The notes under the pieces were generated by a model, which was not told where the DNA came from, made no database searches, and saw nothing but the letters and a program-made list of their open reading frames with translations. DNA of 64,000 nt, taken from Candidatus Latescibacterota bacterium. Its GTDB lineage: Bacteria; Latescibacterota; UBA2968; GCA-2709665. Positions 18,239-28,770 of the stretch are shown here, piece after piece. The DNA lies in contig CBDDDZ010000005.1 in NCBI GenBank assembly GCA_965226795.1, positions 1,728,001 to 1,792,000 of the forward strand. Reading direction: 5' to 3'. Made by a program: the position numbers and the translations under genes. How positions within the stretch are numbered: the first letter of the stretch is position 1; each line of letters opens with the position of its first letter.

Positions 18239-20693
18239 CGACAGCCTCCTGACGTCTGACCCTCTGCCGAAATGTCTCCAGTGCCCGCGACACCTCCCGG
18301 TCACCAGGTGTCAACCGCAGCAGGGACTCCAGGTCGGCGGCGGCGCCCGTAAGGTCTCCGATTCGTTCCCTGGAGGCGGCCCGATTGAAAAACGCACGTT
18401 CGATTTTGATGTTTCTTTTGATCATCCTGTCATACAGCGCTATTGCCGCATCGTACCGGCCAATTTGCATCTGCAGTTCCGCCACGGTGCCCAGACGTGT
18501 CTCTTCGTCGATCAGGTTTGAATCCAGGATTCTATTCAGCAATCGCTGGGTCTCTTCCGGCCGCTCCAATCGATGCATTAACGACGCCATCAACACAATA
18601 CCCTGCCAATGCTCCGGCGGCAGCGCACGCTCCTCGCAGAACCGCAAAACCTCATAGGCGCCATCCCGGTCGCCTTCTTCGGTCAATATCTCCGCGAGGT
18701 GCAGGAAGACCGCCGGATAATTGGCGAGCAGGTTCCGTGCGGTCCGATTACGATGCACGTCGGGGTCCGAGACTCCCCGGTACCGATAGAGGTCCAGCAG
18801 GTGCTTCCTGGTTTTTTGAACGTGAATCGGTAAGGCCTTCCGCCGCGATAGACGAAACACCATGCCCTCCATCTCCAGGTAATCACGCAGTCCCATTCTG
18901 TTTGCGTCAGGCACCGTGAGCGCAAAATAAACCGGTCTTTCCCACTCGTTCCAGTCCACAATCTTCAAAACCATGACATCCTGGACGCGCAACACCTTGC
19001 CCGGCATTCCCGGGACCGTCCATTTCAGCCCGGCCGCCTGCACCTCACGGGCATCCGGCCAGAATCGTCCAGACTGTATCACCGCCGCCCGCGTATGAAC
19101 CGTAAGTACCTGATCAATATAATCATCCGTATATCGGATGGGTATCCTGGGCCCCAGGTCCCGCAACTGCTTTATATACCAGGGGGTATTGAGCAGGCTC
19201 AGGTTTACCACGCGTACGTCCTTTCGGACACCCATCACCTCCTGATGGAACCAGAGAGGGAAACTGTCGTTATCCGCATTAGTAAACAGAATCGCGTCGG
19301 GGTCGCAGGAATTCAGAATATTCGCGGCATAGTCGTACGCAAACCGGTTACCGGTTCGGTCGTGTGTCGGATAAAGGCTTGCAGCCAACCCGGCCGGCAT
19401 CGCGAGAAGAAGGCAGGCGGCGACAACCGAAGGACTCCTGCCGCGAAGGCTTAACGCCACACGCATAACCACCGACGCCGCGATGCCGATCCATACGGCG
19501 AACAATCCGAAGGAGCCCACGAACACGTAGTCACGCTCCCTCGGCTGCGGGTCTTCCATGTTGAGATATATCGAAAGTCCGATGCCCGAAAGCACGAAAA
19601 GTGCGGCAATTGCCCAGAAGCGCCGCTGGTCCCGTCGCCAGTGTTCCCACATGCCCCAGCAGCCCAGGAGATAGGGAACGACTGAAATACGAACGAATTG
19701 TACGTCGTGAGACGTCGCCTGTCGAAAAGCGTCTGAAACGAATCGCAGCCCCGGCACCGGAAACTGCGAGAGGAAATATTTGATATACATCGTCCAAATC
19801 TGGAAATCCCAGAGTGGCGCCTTGCGGTCGAATACGCCGAGCAGCATACTTTCCGAACCGTACTGTTCCCGGCCCAGAAACTTGATGAAATTAGCCCACG
19901 TTTCCGGATTGTTCTCGTCGATTATGGGATTCAACCCCGACCTGATGTAGAGTGAGGCGTAGGTCGAATATCCCGCAATAAACAAGAGCGACGCGTACGC
20001 CCAGATCCGCGGGTCCCTCAGTATCTCCGGCTTCCGAAACCAGATCAACATCAGCAACGGGGGAACGGTTAATAGACACAGCAGATGAACGCCGCCCGCG
20101 AGTCCCATCAGATAGGCGATAAAAAACAGTATTCGCCGGCTAATCGCGTCTCCCGCGCGTTCCATCCACCTTAACCCCAGCCATAGAGTCAGCGTCATCA
20201 GCATCGCAGAAAACCCGTACACCTCGGTCTCCACGGCATTGTACCAGAAGGTATCCGAAAACGCCAGCATCAGGGCAGCCACTGCGCCGCCAACCACACC
20301 CGACACGCGCTTTGTGTTCCACTCGCCGTCTCCCCAACCCAGCAGGATGAGACGTACCGTTATCAGATATACGAACAGCACCGCAAGCGCGCTCGTTATT
20401 GCCGAAATGAGGTTCATCGGGAACGCGGGGTCTTCGCCCACTGGCAACATGGTAAACAGACGTCCGATCAGCAAATACAGCGGCGCGCCCGGCGGGTGCG
20501 GAATGCCCAGTGTAAACGCGCAAGCGATGAACTCGCCGGAGTCCCAGAACGATACTGTCGGCGCCGCCGTTTTGACAAACACCGCCAGCGAAGTCAGAAT
20601 CACCCCCAAGGCGCCAATGCGAACGAGGCCGCACCCGGCTGCCGGTTCCTTCTCTACAGGTTCACCGAACCGTAAAACGCTCGAATTCTTCAT
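18228..20693 (-). CDS. DUF2723 (TMEM260-like) GT-C membrane glycosyltransferase with C-terminal TPRs
   Basis: APTVSFWDSGEF, IPHPPGAPLY, AVETEVY, QPRERDY, ADNDSFPLW and VVNLSLLNTPWY motifs; multiple TM helices; TPR-like tail. Confidence 0.9.
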   Translation of the reverse strand: MKNSSVLRFGEPVEKEPAAGCGLVRIGALGVILTSLAVFVKTAAPTVSFWDSGEFIACAFTLGIPHPPGAPLYLLIGRLFTMLPVGEDPAFPMNLISAITSALAVLFVYLITVRLILLGWGDGEWNTKRVSGVVGGAVAALMLAFSDTFWYNAVETEVYGFSAMLMTLTLWLGLRWMERAGDAISRRILFFIAYLMGLAGGVHLLCLLTVPPLLMLIWFRKPEILRDPRIWAYASLLFIAGYSTYASLYIRSGLNPIIDENNPETWANFIKFLGREQYGSESMLLGVFDRKAPLWDFQIWTMYIKYFLSQFPVPGLRFVSDAFRQATSHDVQFVRISVVPYLLGCWGMWEHWRRDQRRFWAIAALFVLSGIGLSIYLNMEDPQPRERDYVFVGSFGLFAVWIGIAASVVMRVALSLRGRSPSVVAACLLLAMPAGLAASLYPTHDRTGNRFAYDYAANILNSCDPDAILFTNADNDSFPLWFHQEVMGVRKDVRVVNLSLLNTPWYIKQLRDLGPRIPIRYTDDYIDQVLTVHTRAAVIQSGRFWPDAREVQAAGLKWTVPGMPGKVLRVQDVMVLKIVDWNEWERPVYFALTVPDANRMGLRDYLEMEGMVFRLSRRKALPIHVQKTRKHLLDLYRYRGVSDPDVHRNRTARNLLANYPAVFLHLAEILTEEGDRDGAYEVLRFCEERALPPEHWQGIVLMASLMHRLERPEETQRLLNRILDSNLIDEETRLGTVAELQMQIGRYDAAIALYDRMIKRNIKIERAFFNRAASRERIGDLTGAAADLESLLRLTPGDREVSRALETFRQRVRRQEAVDGP

Positions 20694-20912
20694 GTCAATC
20701 GCTCAGGTTTCGAGTCCAATCGGATCGCGTGCTGAGTCCAATTCTTCGAACATCAAAAACTCGCGTCCGGATAAACTAGAGAATGTCAACTGAATGGCCG
20801 TCGCCAGCGGTTTGCCTGTATCTCAACTCCGGCACCAACGTTCAGCCAGGCCAATCTCGCGTGCGAATTGGAAAGCGCTCCCGTTCTGCAGACGCCCCTG
20901 GACGGCCGGGGT

Positions 20913-22394
20913 TCACTGGGCATCGAGGGAAACTTCATCTCCATGATTCATGGGGCGGGATTGCTGCACCTCGTTATTCGCATTATCGTAATCCGACTGC
21001 CGACTGCCACGTGTCCGGGTGTCCTCGGAACCTTCAATGACGCGCATCGACTTCCACTTGCCACCCCTGAACCGGAACATAAATATCAATCCACCGGAGA
21101 AAAGATAAAGGCTGATGAATATCCAGGCGACGTAAAGGCCCCACCTGAAGGTCACTATCGAAAGGTAGGTTGGCAATACCATCAGCAGCCAGCCAAGTGC
21201 AACCGACGTGAGCAGGACAAACCGCGTATCTCCGGCGCCCTTCACGCCGGCCGAAAAAACGATGTAAAGCGCATCGAACACACAATAAAACGCGACAAAC
21301 CGTAACAGAACGACGGACATATCCCAGACCTGTTCGAAAGCCTCTGGATCGGCGCCGGAAATATAAGGCCTCAAAAAAAGACCCGGCACGAATACATATC
21401 CCGCAGCCATCACCAGCATGTACGCCAGGCTGAGATGTACCGCGGACCAGGTGCAGCGCTCAGCCAGGTCCGCCCTTTCTTTACCCAGGTATTGCCCTAC
21501 AAGCGTGGACACCGCGATGCCCAGCCCCATCATCGGGAGGAAGGCAAGTGTATTGACGTTAAACGTCACACTCGTGGCCGCCAACGCCGTCGTCCCAAGT
21601 TTCCCCACCAGGAGTATGAACATCGTAAAGCCCAGAATCTCGAGCATGAACTGCACGCCGTTCGGTAACCCGTAACGCACAAGCCGCCTCAACAACGCTC
21701 CCTCGGGACGCCATCCACTTAACGTGTGAAGCGCGTCGCGGTATCTGGGTCGCATCATCAGGGCGAAGAACACCACAGGTATCAGGAGGTGTGATACCAC
21801 CGTTGCCCAGGCGGCGCCGCGAATCCCCCATTCCGGGAACCCCCAATGGCCGAATATCCACGCATAGTCTAGGACGATATTCAGCCCGTTCGCAAGGAAA
21901 TTCACCCACATTACCGTGCGGGTATCCCCTCGCCCGCTGAAGAACGAGGAAACCGCCACCCCCGTGATGCCCGGCCCCATAAAGCACAGAATCCTGAAAT
22001 ACTCCGCCTCCAGCGCGCGCATCTGCGGCTCATGCCCGGCCCATACAAAAAAAAGTTCGGAAAACGGTATCAGGCATAGAATCATCACCCCCGAGGCCAA
22101 TCCGAGGTATATCCCCTGCCACACAGCAGGCCCTACCCGATCAGGCCGGCCTGCCCCCCAATACTGGGCGACGAACGTATTCACGTAGGCGACCGTTCCA
22201 ATAAACAGGCTGGAAAACGTAAATTGCAACATGCCGGCCGGTAGACACGCGGCAAGTGCGTCCCGCCCGTACCAACTCAGGAATACCCGATCGACGAAAA
22301 TCTGCAGGCTCCATGACCCCGTGCTCAGAATGAGAGGCGCCGCCATCCGCAACACCTCCTTATAACCACCCTGTTCCTGCCACCGCGAGATCAT
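20913..22394 (-). CDS. MATE family efflux transporter
   Basis: About 12 TM helices; GRGDTRTVM, NIVLDYAWIFG..GIRGAAWAT, LVGQYLG and GAGDTRF motifs. Confidence 0.92.
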   Translation of the reverse strand: MISRWQEQGGYKEVLRMAAPLILSTGSWSLQIFVDRVFLSWYGRDALAACLPAGMLQFTFSSLFIGTVAYVNTFVAQYWGAGRPDRVGPAVWQGIYLGLASGVMILCLIPFSELFFVWAGHEPQMRALEAEYFRILCFMGPGITGVAVSSFFSGRGDTRTVMWVNFLANGLNIVLDYAWIFGHWGFPEWGIRGAAWATVVSHLLIPVVFFALMMRPRYRDALHTLSGWRPEGALLRRLVRYGLPNGVQFMLEILGFTMFILLVGKLGTTALAATSVTFNVNTLAFLPMMGLGIAVSTLVGQYLGKERADLAERCTWSAVHLSLAYMLVMAAGYVFVPGLFLRPYISGADPEAFEQVWDMSVVLLRFVAFYCVFDALYIVFSAGVKGAGDTRFVLLTSVALGWLLMVLPTYLSIVTFRWGLYVAWIFISLYLFSGGLIFMFRFRGGKWKSMRVIEGSEDTRTRGSRQSDYDNANNEVQQSRPMNHGDEVSLDAQ

Positions 22395-22634
22395 GGACAC
22401 CTCATCGGGATCGGACTTCAGCCCGTACGATGACCCCCCAACAACCGCCCGGCGAGCAGCGGGCGCCACGTCGACGTCACGAGTACGCAATTGTCAACAG
22501 CGTCGTCGGGCCTGGTTCGCGTGCGGCGGTTGCGGCGTCTGAAACATTTTCTCTTGTCCGGTGATGGCGCCGTTGGTAGATTCGCTGACCAACCCGGTTC
22601 ATCGAGCCGATCATTTCACATTGCGGGCAATGCC

Positions 22635-24008
22635 ATGACTTTCGACGTCGTCGTCATCGGTGGTGGCAGCGCGGGTTACGCCGCCGCTCGTGTCGCGGCA
22701 GACAGCGGAGCAAACGTCGCCATTGTCGACAAGGGTCCACTCGGCGGTCTGTGCATCTTGCGCGGCTGCATGCCCTCAAAGACACTATTGCGCAGTTCGG
22801 ATCTTTTCTCTCTGATGAAACGAGCCGGAGAGTTCGGCCTGCACGCCAGGGACATAACCCCCGACCTGGCCGCAATCAACGACCGTAAACGCGCGCTCGT
22901 CGACGAATTCGCTGAATACAGGATCGAGCATCTCAACAGTCCGAGATTCACACTGATAAAAGGCCGGGCCCGGTTCGAATCGCCGCATTCCGTTTTTGTT
23001 GGCACAAAAGAGATCTCGGCACGGAATTTTATCATTGCCGTGGGCTCGGTTGTCGATAAGATCCCCGTTCCCGGTCTGGAGGAAGCAGGCTACCTCACCA
23101 GCGACGACATCCTGGAACTTCGAAAACTTCCCGGGTCCGTCATCGTGCTGGGCGGAGGCGCCGTTGCCACCGAACTCGGCCAATTTCTGTGTCGTATGGG
23201 TTCCCGGACGACGCTGATACAGAGAAACAGCCAGTTGATCAGCGCCTGCGACCCGGACATGGTCCTTCCCGTGGAAAACCGCTTTCGGGAAGAAGGGATG
23301 CGGGTATACACGGACACACGCCTCCAACGCTTCAGCCGGACAAAGGATTGCGTAACCGCCCACTTTCTGCACCGCGGCGAATCACGCACGGCCTCGGCCG
23401 CCGTCGTCTTCAACGCGATGGGCCGAACGCCGGACCTTTCCGATCTGGCACTGGAACGCGCCGGCGTTGAAGTCCAAGACGGACGAATTGTCGCTAACGG
23501 CGGGATGCAGACCAGCGCGGAACACATCTTCGCCGCCGGAGACTGCGTGGGTCCGTACGAAATCGTACATATTGCCGTGCTGCAAGGTGAGATCTCCGGC
23601 CACAATGCCGTCGCGAGAAAGCCCGAGAAGACGATCGACTATCGCCTGCGGACGTCTGTTGTTTTCACCGATCCGCAGGTCGCGTCTGTTGGCCCTACCG
23701 AGAGAGAATGCCGAGCGGCGGACATTCCATATCTCTCGGCGGAATATCCCTTCAGCGATCACGGTAAATCGATGGTGATGGGAGAAACGCACGGCGCTGT
23801 CAAGATCCTCTGCCATCCCGGAAGCGGTGAAATAATAGCCGGACATATAACTGGCCCCGATGCATCCGAACTCATCCATGAACTCGCCGCGGTAATTTAC
23901 TACCGGGGCACCGTGTTCGACCTCCTCCAGATTCCACACTACCATCCCACTCTCGCCGAGATCATCACCTATCCTGCCGAAGAGCTTGCCGGGATTCTGG
24001 CCCGATAA
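22635..24008 (+). CDS. Class I pyridine nucleotide-disulfide oxidoreductase (dihydrolipoyl dehydrogenase-like)
   Basis: GGGSAG FAD loop, redox-active GGLCILRGCMPSK and C-terminal HYHPTLAE. Confidence 0.88.
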   Translation: MTFDVVVIGGGSAGYAAARVAADSGANVAIVDKGPLGGLCILRGCMPSKTLLRSSDLFSLMKRAGEFGLHARDITPDLAAINDRKRALVDEFAEYRIEHLNSPRFTLIKGRARFESPHSVFVGTKEISARNFIIAVGSVVDKIPVPGLEEAGYLTSDDILELRKLPGSVIVLGGGAVATELGQFLCRMGSRTTLIQRNSQLISACDPDMVLPVENRFREEGMRVYTDTRLQRFSRTKDCVTAHFLHRGESRTASAAVVFNAMGRTPDLSDLALERAGVEVQDGRIVANGGMQTSAEHIFAAGDCVGPYEIVHIAVLQGEISGHNAVARKPEKTIDYRLRTSVVFTDPQVASVGPTERECRAADIPYLSAEYPFSDHGKSMVMGETHGAVKILCHPGSGEIIAGHITGPDASELIHELAAVIYYRGTVFDLLQIPHYHPTLAEIITYPAEELAGILAR

Positions 24009-24032
24009 ATGCACATATCCGGCCGGTTACCC

Positions 24033-25385
24033 TCAACCGGAACGCTGGCGCCCGAGATCAGCAAGACGGTGCACGTAGAATACGGTCGGCGGAACGAACA
24101 ACAGGGCGATCCAGAACATCGGCCGATACGAGATCCACGCCACCAGCATACCAGCCAGCACCGGCAAAAACCCCTGTGGCAGGGCAAACATGTTCAGGAA
24201 GCTGGTATACGTGGGACGGCGGTTCTCCGGTGCAAGTTCGAGTACGTATGCCATTCGGCCGTTAAACATCGCGCTGCTGGCGAACCCCGATAAAACAAAC
24301 GTCAGCGCATAGAAGACGACTTGCGGATTCAATGCCCACTCAATGCCCCAATCCGAGAGCGGCGCGATTGAATGCGACGGTACGTAACTGGCCAACAGCG
24401 GAACGGCGACTGACAACGCCATCAGATACGATCCGTACACCAGCATCGCACGGTTACCCTTCCGATGCCCCACGCTGGCCCAGAGCACGTTTGACAGCAC
24501 GGTGCTGACCTGCATTACCGAAACAAGTACGCCGACGTAGACCAGCCCCAGACCCAGGTCGGTAATTGCGTAAGGTACGTAAAATGGCGCACCCATCATC
24601 AAAAATGACCACAGGATCTGCATCCCGCACAATCGACGGTAGTTGACGTCGTTCTTCAGCAATCGAATGCCGCTGTTCAGGTAGACGGACAATGGCTGCC
24701 GGAGATACCGCACCGGGCGCACCGGTTCCCGAATCCTGCTGAAGACAAAAACCGACAGCGCATTTCCCAGTCCTGACAGCATAAACAGCGCCGCGTAGTT
24801 CGATGGAAACGAAATCCCGCTGCGGTCACTCAGCACAAAGGAAATTGCACCGCCAGCCACCATCGCGGTAATGCCACCGCATAGCCGACGCACCGCGAAC
24901 AGACGCGACCGATCTCCGGGTGGGACGACCTTTCCCACAATGTCCATCCAGGGGACATTCCATATTCCCATCATCGATGTGGAAATCGCATAAAGGACCA
25001 TAAAACAACAAAGAAACAAAAAAGGCTGACGACCACCCATAAGGTACGTCAGCCCTGCAATCACCAGCCAGACGATACTGCGCATCCCGCCTGCCAGAAG
25101 CAGAAAGGGCATCTTGCGTTTTCTGTTTTCGATAATTCGGGAAATAAATACCTGAGGCCACGCCCACCCGATCCGCATCAGCGCGCCGGCAAGTCCGATG
25201 GCTACGCTCGAGGTTGTCAGCGATTGCACAAAAGCCGGCAGGAGCATGTCCGAACTGGCCAGTGTCATCGACATGAAAACCAGGCCGCCGTTCAGAATCA
25301 ACAGCCGGCTGTTCCGGCGAACTTCCGCCGGATCAGGTTCCTCGGCCGCCACCCGCCTCCAGTGCGCAGATGAAAACTCCCTCAT
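24033..25385 (-). CDS. MFS transporter
   Basis: About 12 hydrophobic segments; WMDIVGKVVP..R and LELAPENRRPTY loops. Confidence 0.85.
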   Translation of the reverse strand: MREFSSAHWRRVAAEEPDPAEVRRNSRLLILNGGLVFMSMTLASSDMLLPAFVQSLTTSSVAIGLAGALMRIGWAWPQVFISRIIENRKRKMPFLLLAGGMRSIVWLVIAGLTYLMGGRQPFLFLCCFMVLYAISTSMMGIWNVPWMDIVGKVVPPGDRSRLFAVRRLCGGITAMVAGGAISFVLSDRSGISFPSNYAALFMLSGLGNALSVFVFSRIREPVRPVRYLRQPLSVYLNSGIRLLKNDVNYRRLCGMQILWSFLMMGAPFYVPYAITDLGLGLVYVGVLVSVMQVSTVLSNVLWASVGHRKGNRAMLVYGSYLMALSVAVPLLASYVPSHSIAPLSDWGIEWALNPQVVFYALTFVLSGFASSAMFNGRMAYVLELAPENRRPTYTSFLNMFALPQGFLPVLAGMLVAWISYRPMFWIALLFVPPTVFYVHRLADLGRQRSG

Positions 25386-25649
25386 ACAAAACGCTTCCGT
25401 CCCTTAGAAGCTGCCTTAAAAACCCCAGCGGTCTTCGCGCTGCTGCAAAAGCGTCCGTCGGCGTTGGCCCGTATATTTAGTAGTGGCTGCGCGACCCTCG
25501 CGTCTCGTAGGTAGCTTCACCCGTCGGAGCTGCACGCCCTTCGCGTCTCAGAACCGACACCTTTTCGCTCGCGCACGGGTACAGGCGCAGGAGTCGGGCA
25601 GGTCCCCCTTTCCTATAATTCCACTCCCGTCGGGGCGCGGCCGGACGTC

Positions 25650-27278
25650 TCAGATTCCAATTGCATAGCCATCCCGTCTTGGATCGGCACCCCCCATCAG
25701 TGCGCCGCTTTCCTGATCCACGGCAATACCCTGTGCCCCACCTGTTACGGGCGAAAATGCGTCGACAAAGTCAATCTGATGCCCTCGGCGAACCAGGCCG
25801 GAACGGGTCTTTTCAGACACGCGGGACTCCATATATACGCGGGTGCCGGCATGTTGAAAACGGAACCTGGGAGCCTCGATTGCCGCTTGAATATTCATCC
25901 CGTAATCCAGGAAATTGGTTGTGAATTGGGTCGTCGTTTGCTGAATACCCCAGCTTCCCGGGGTACCGAGAGCCGCCACAAGACGACCGTCTCTAAAGAT
26001 CTGGCACGGCGAAAGACACATATCGATCTTCTTATGGGGTTCGATGCGGTTGGGGCTACCTGGCACGGTGTCCGCCCATTTGATGAAATTGTTCAGGAAC
26101 ATGCCGGTCTTCCCGAGAACCACCCCCGATCCGAATCCGGAGCCGAGGCTCTGCGTAACGGCCACGGCGTTGCCAACGGCATCGACCACGTCGAAATGCG
26201 TCGTACAATCGTTGAGCCACCCGCCAGGCTGTCCCGGCGGCACCTCGCCCGGAAGCCCGGCCGCTGTGTAATATTCACCCCGGTTCACCGCGGCACGCTC
26301 GCCAATCAGTCCCCTGCGATCCTTCGCGTATGCCTTTGAAAGCAATCCATCAAGAGGCGCGTCCTGTGCAGCGGCGTAGGCTACCCGGTCGGTGTTGCCC
26401 AGCTTCAGGACCTCGATGAACAGGTGGAGCGCCTCTTCTGAATGGTGGCCCATATCCTTCAGATCGTATCCTTCGAGTATATTGAGCGCCTGCAGGATGT
26501 GAAAGCCGGCACTTGGCAGCGGCGGGCAGAACACCCGGTTACCCCGGTAAGACGTCGAAATAGCATCCTCCCATTCAACCTCAAAATCCGCAAGGTCTTT
26601 CCCGGAAAGGAGCCCTCCTTCGGCCTGTACATATCCGGCAATTTCGGATCCCAGGTCCCCCCGATAAAATGCCTCCGCGCCGCCTTCCACCACCCTTCGA
26701 AACGTCCGAGCGAGATCTCTCTGGATCAGGATATCCCCCGCCAGAGGCGCCCGCCCACGGCTCAGAATCACCTCGGCACCCGTAGGCCGCATACGGGGCA
26801 CGGCACCCTGCATGAAATTGGAATTCTTCACCGTGGACGCGAAGCCGTTCTCCGCCAATTCGATTGCAGGGCCGAACACGGTTGCCCGGTCCATCGTACC
26901 GTATTTTTCAAGAAGCTCCAGCCACCCTCCGCAGGCCCCTGGAACCAGACACGACATCACCCCGCCGTCCTGCATCTCGGGTGTCGGAAACGCCTCCGAG
27001 GTGGCGTCGTGCGGCGTACGCCCGCAATAGTCCAGAACACGTACGCGGCTTTCCGCGGCGGAATAGATGAGCGCATATCCTACCCCTGCAATGCCCGACA
27101 TATAGGGCTCGACGACATTTAACGCCGCAGCGACAGCAACCGCGGCGTCGAACGCATTGCCCTGCTCAAGGAGCATGCGAACCCCGGCGAGGCTTGCCGA
27201 CGGATGTGCGCTGGCAACCATTCCCCGGGTGCCCGTCACCGTGGATCGATGCACCGTACCGACAGAAGCAAAAGCCAT
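25650..27278 (-). CDS. ggt: Gamma-glutamyltransferase family (Ntn hydrolase)
   Basis: GNAFDAAVA, VVEPYMSGIAG, nucleophile region TTHFDVVD..GNAV, GTPG and GGADPRRDG motifs. Confidence 0.92.
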   Translation of the reverse strand: MAFASVGTVHRSTVTGTRGMVASAHPSASLAGVRMLLEQGNAFDAAVAVAAALNVVEPYMSGIAGVGYALIYSAAESRVRVLDYCGRTPHDATSEAFPTPEMQDGGVMSCLVPGACGGWLELLEKYGTMDRATVFGPAIELAENGFASTVKNSNFMQGAVPRMRPTGAEVILSRGRAPLAGDILIQRDLARTFRRVVEGGAEAFYRGDLGSEIAGYVQAEGGLLSGKDLADFEVEWEDAISTSYRGNRVFCPPLPSAGFHILQALNILEGYDLKDMGHHSEEALHLFIEVLKLGNTDRVAYAAAQDAPLDGLLSKAYAKDRRGLIGERAAVNRGEYYTAAGLPGEVPPGQPGGWLNDCTTHFDVVDAVGNAVAVTQSLGSGFGSGVVLGKTGMFLNNFIKWADTVPGSPNRIEPHKKIDMCLSPCQIFRDGRLVAALGTPGSWGIQQTTTQFTTNFLDYGMNIQAAIEAPRFRFQHAGTRVYMESRVSEKTRSGLVRRGHQIDFVDAFSPVTGGAQGIAVDQESGALMGGADPRRDGYAIGI

Positions 27279-27460
27279 TGATTGATTTCCTTAACCGATA
27301 GGTCCCTTGGGTTCCTGATCATCGAGGGTCCTGGAACACCGCTGCCGTTCCATCGTGAAATGGATCTAGTGCTTTTGAGACGTTTCGGAACAATCCGCAT
27401 GGCGTCCAAATCCGAAACGGGCTGCCGGATCCCGTACCTCGACAGCCGTTGGGTATGCGG

Positions 27461-27489
27461 AAGATAGTCTATGGTGGATTGCAAGTCAA
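27461..27489 (-). promoter_or_regulatory. sigma70-type promoter of ggt-MFS
   Basis: Minus strand TTGACT-N17-TATCTT. Confidence 0.5.
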
Positions 27490-27629
27490 TGCCCGATTCC
27501 CTCGTCCACCCGGGCCTGTCCGCCACGTTTCTGCTTGACAAAACAAACCTGTCATGGCTTCTTATTACGATTCCCGCATGACTGTCCATGCCAGCGTCTC
27601 ACGTTGCATAGTGCTTTACCAATCGGGCC

Positions 27630-28658
27630 ATGAGTCGAGAATTACCTTTATTACCCACAAGTGTGATCGGGAGCTACGCGTTGCCAGGTTGGTTCTGGAC
27701 GGCCGTGGATCAGATCGACCAGGGCGAATTCGGTCCCACTGACATTCGAGAGACCTTCGACGACGCCGTGCATCTCGCCATGCTGGATCAGAGAAGAGCG
27801 GGCGTGGATCTGATCTCGGACGGCGAGATGCGGCGCTGGTATTTCGTACAGAGCTTCTACGGTCGTTTCAAGGGACTAGCTTCCCGACCAACGCTCCGGC
27901 GCACGGGTGTCTACGGCTACGACAGCGTCCCGCGGTGGTGGCCGGAAGAACGGATCCAGGTACCTGATGGTCTGGGTATTGTCGAAGAATTTCAATTCGC
28001 AAGGTCCGTCACGGATCATCCGTTGAAGGCCACCTGCCCCGGTCCACTTACGCTTACCATACACATCCAGTTGAAAGACGACCGCGTCTACAAAGACCGA
28101 ATTGAACTCGCGTACGAGTTCGCGGGAGTGGTTAACCACGAACTCAAACGGCTGGTAGACGCAGGTGCGGAATTCATACAACTAGACGAACCATCATTTT
28201 CCATAGTTCCCGGAGACGACCAGAGCTGGGTCAACCTGTTCAACGAAACCGTAAAGGGCGTTAACGCCAAAATCGGTCTGCACATCTGTTTCGGAAACCT
28301 GGGCAGCCGCCCACGGGGCAAACGACGGTACGACTGGATGCTCGACGACATCCTTCGGGCCGACGCTCAACAGATTTCGTTGGAATTCGCGAATCGTGAA
28401 CTCGTGGAATTGGAACTCTGCGGTGAGATCGCAAAAGAGAAAGAAATCGCCGCGGGCCTCGTCGACGTGAAGTCGTTCTATGTGGAAACGCCAGAAGATG
28501 TCGCTGAACGGGTGCGCCTGACCCTTCAACACGTCCCGCCGGAAAAACTGACCGTCACGCCGGATTGCGGTTTCTTTCAATTGCCCAGATGGCTGGCCTT
28601 CCAGAAACTCCAAAACATGGTGAAAGGCGTTGAAATCGTCCGCAGGGAGTTGGTATGA
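27630..28658 (+). CDS. Cobalamin-independent methionine synthase, single catalytic-domain ('core') type
   Basis: TSVIGSY, ISDGEMRR and IQLDEP motifs; Zn ligands HICFGN, LEF and PDCG; only 342 aa. Confidence 0.85.
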   Translation: MSRELPLLPTSVIGSYALPGWFWTAVDQIDQGEFGPTDIRETFDDAVHLAMLDQRRAGVDLISDGEMRRWYFVQSFYGRFKGLASRPTLRRTGVYGYDSVPRWWPEERIQVPDGLGIVEEFQFARSVTDHPLKATCPGPLTLTIHIQLKDDRVYKDRIELAYEFAGVVNHELKRLVDAGAEFIQLDEPSFSIVPGDDQSWVNLFNETVKGVNAKIGLHICFGNLGSRPRGKRRYDWMLDDILRADAQQISLEFANRELVELELCGEIAKEKEIAAGLVDVKSFYVETPEDVAERVRLTLQHVPPEKLTVTPDCGFFQLPRWLAFQKLQNMVKGVEIVRRELV

Positions 28659-28770
28659 AAGCCACGCCAACGCCCGACCACTGGAGGAGGGTTACGTATC
28701 CGGGGCGAAGCCCGATGGCGTTTTTTCTGTATTCCGCATCCCCGGGCGGGGACACGTAGAGGAGCGGAAC

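Noticed and set aside
22635..24008. Mercuric reductase MerA
   Set aside because: No N-terminal HMA domain, no C-terminal Cys-Cys and no mer genes.
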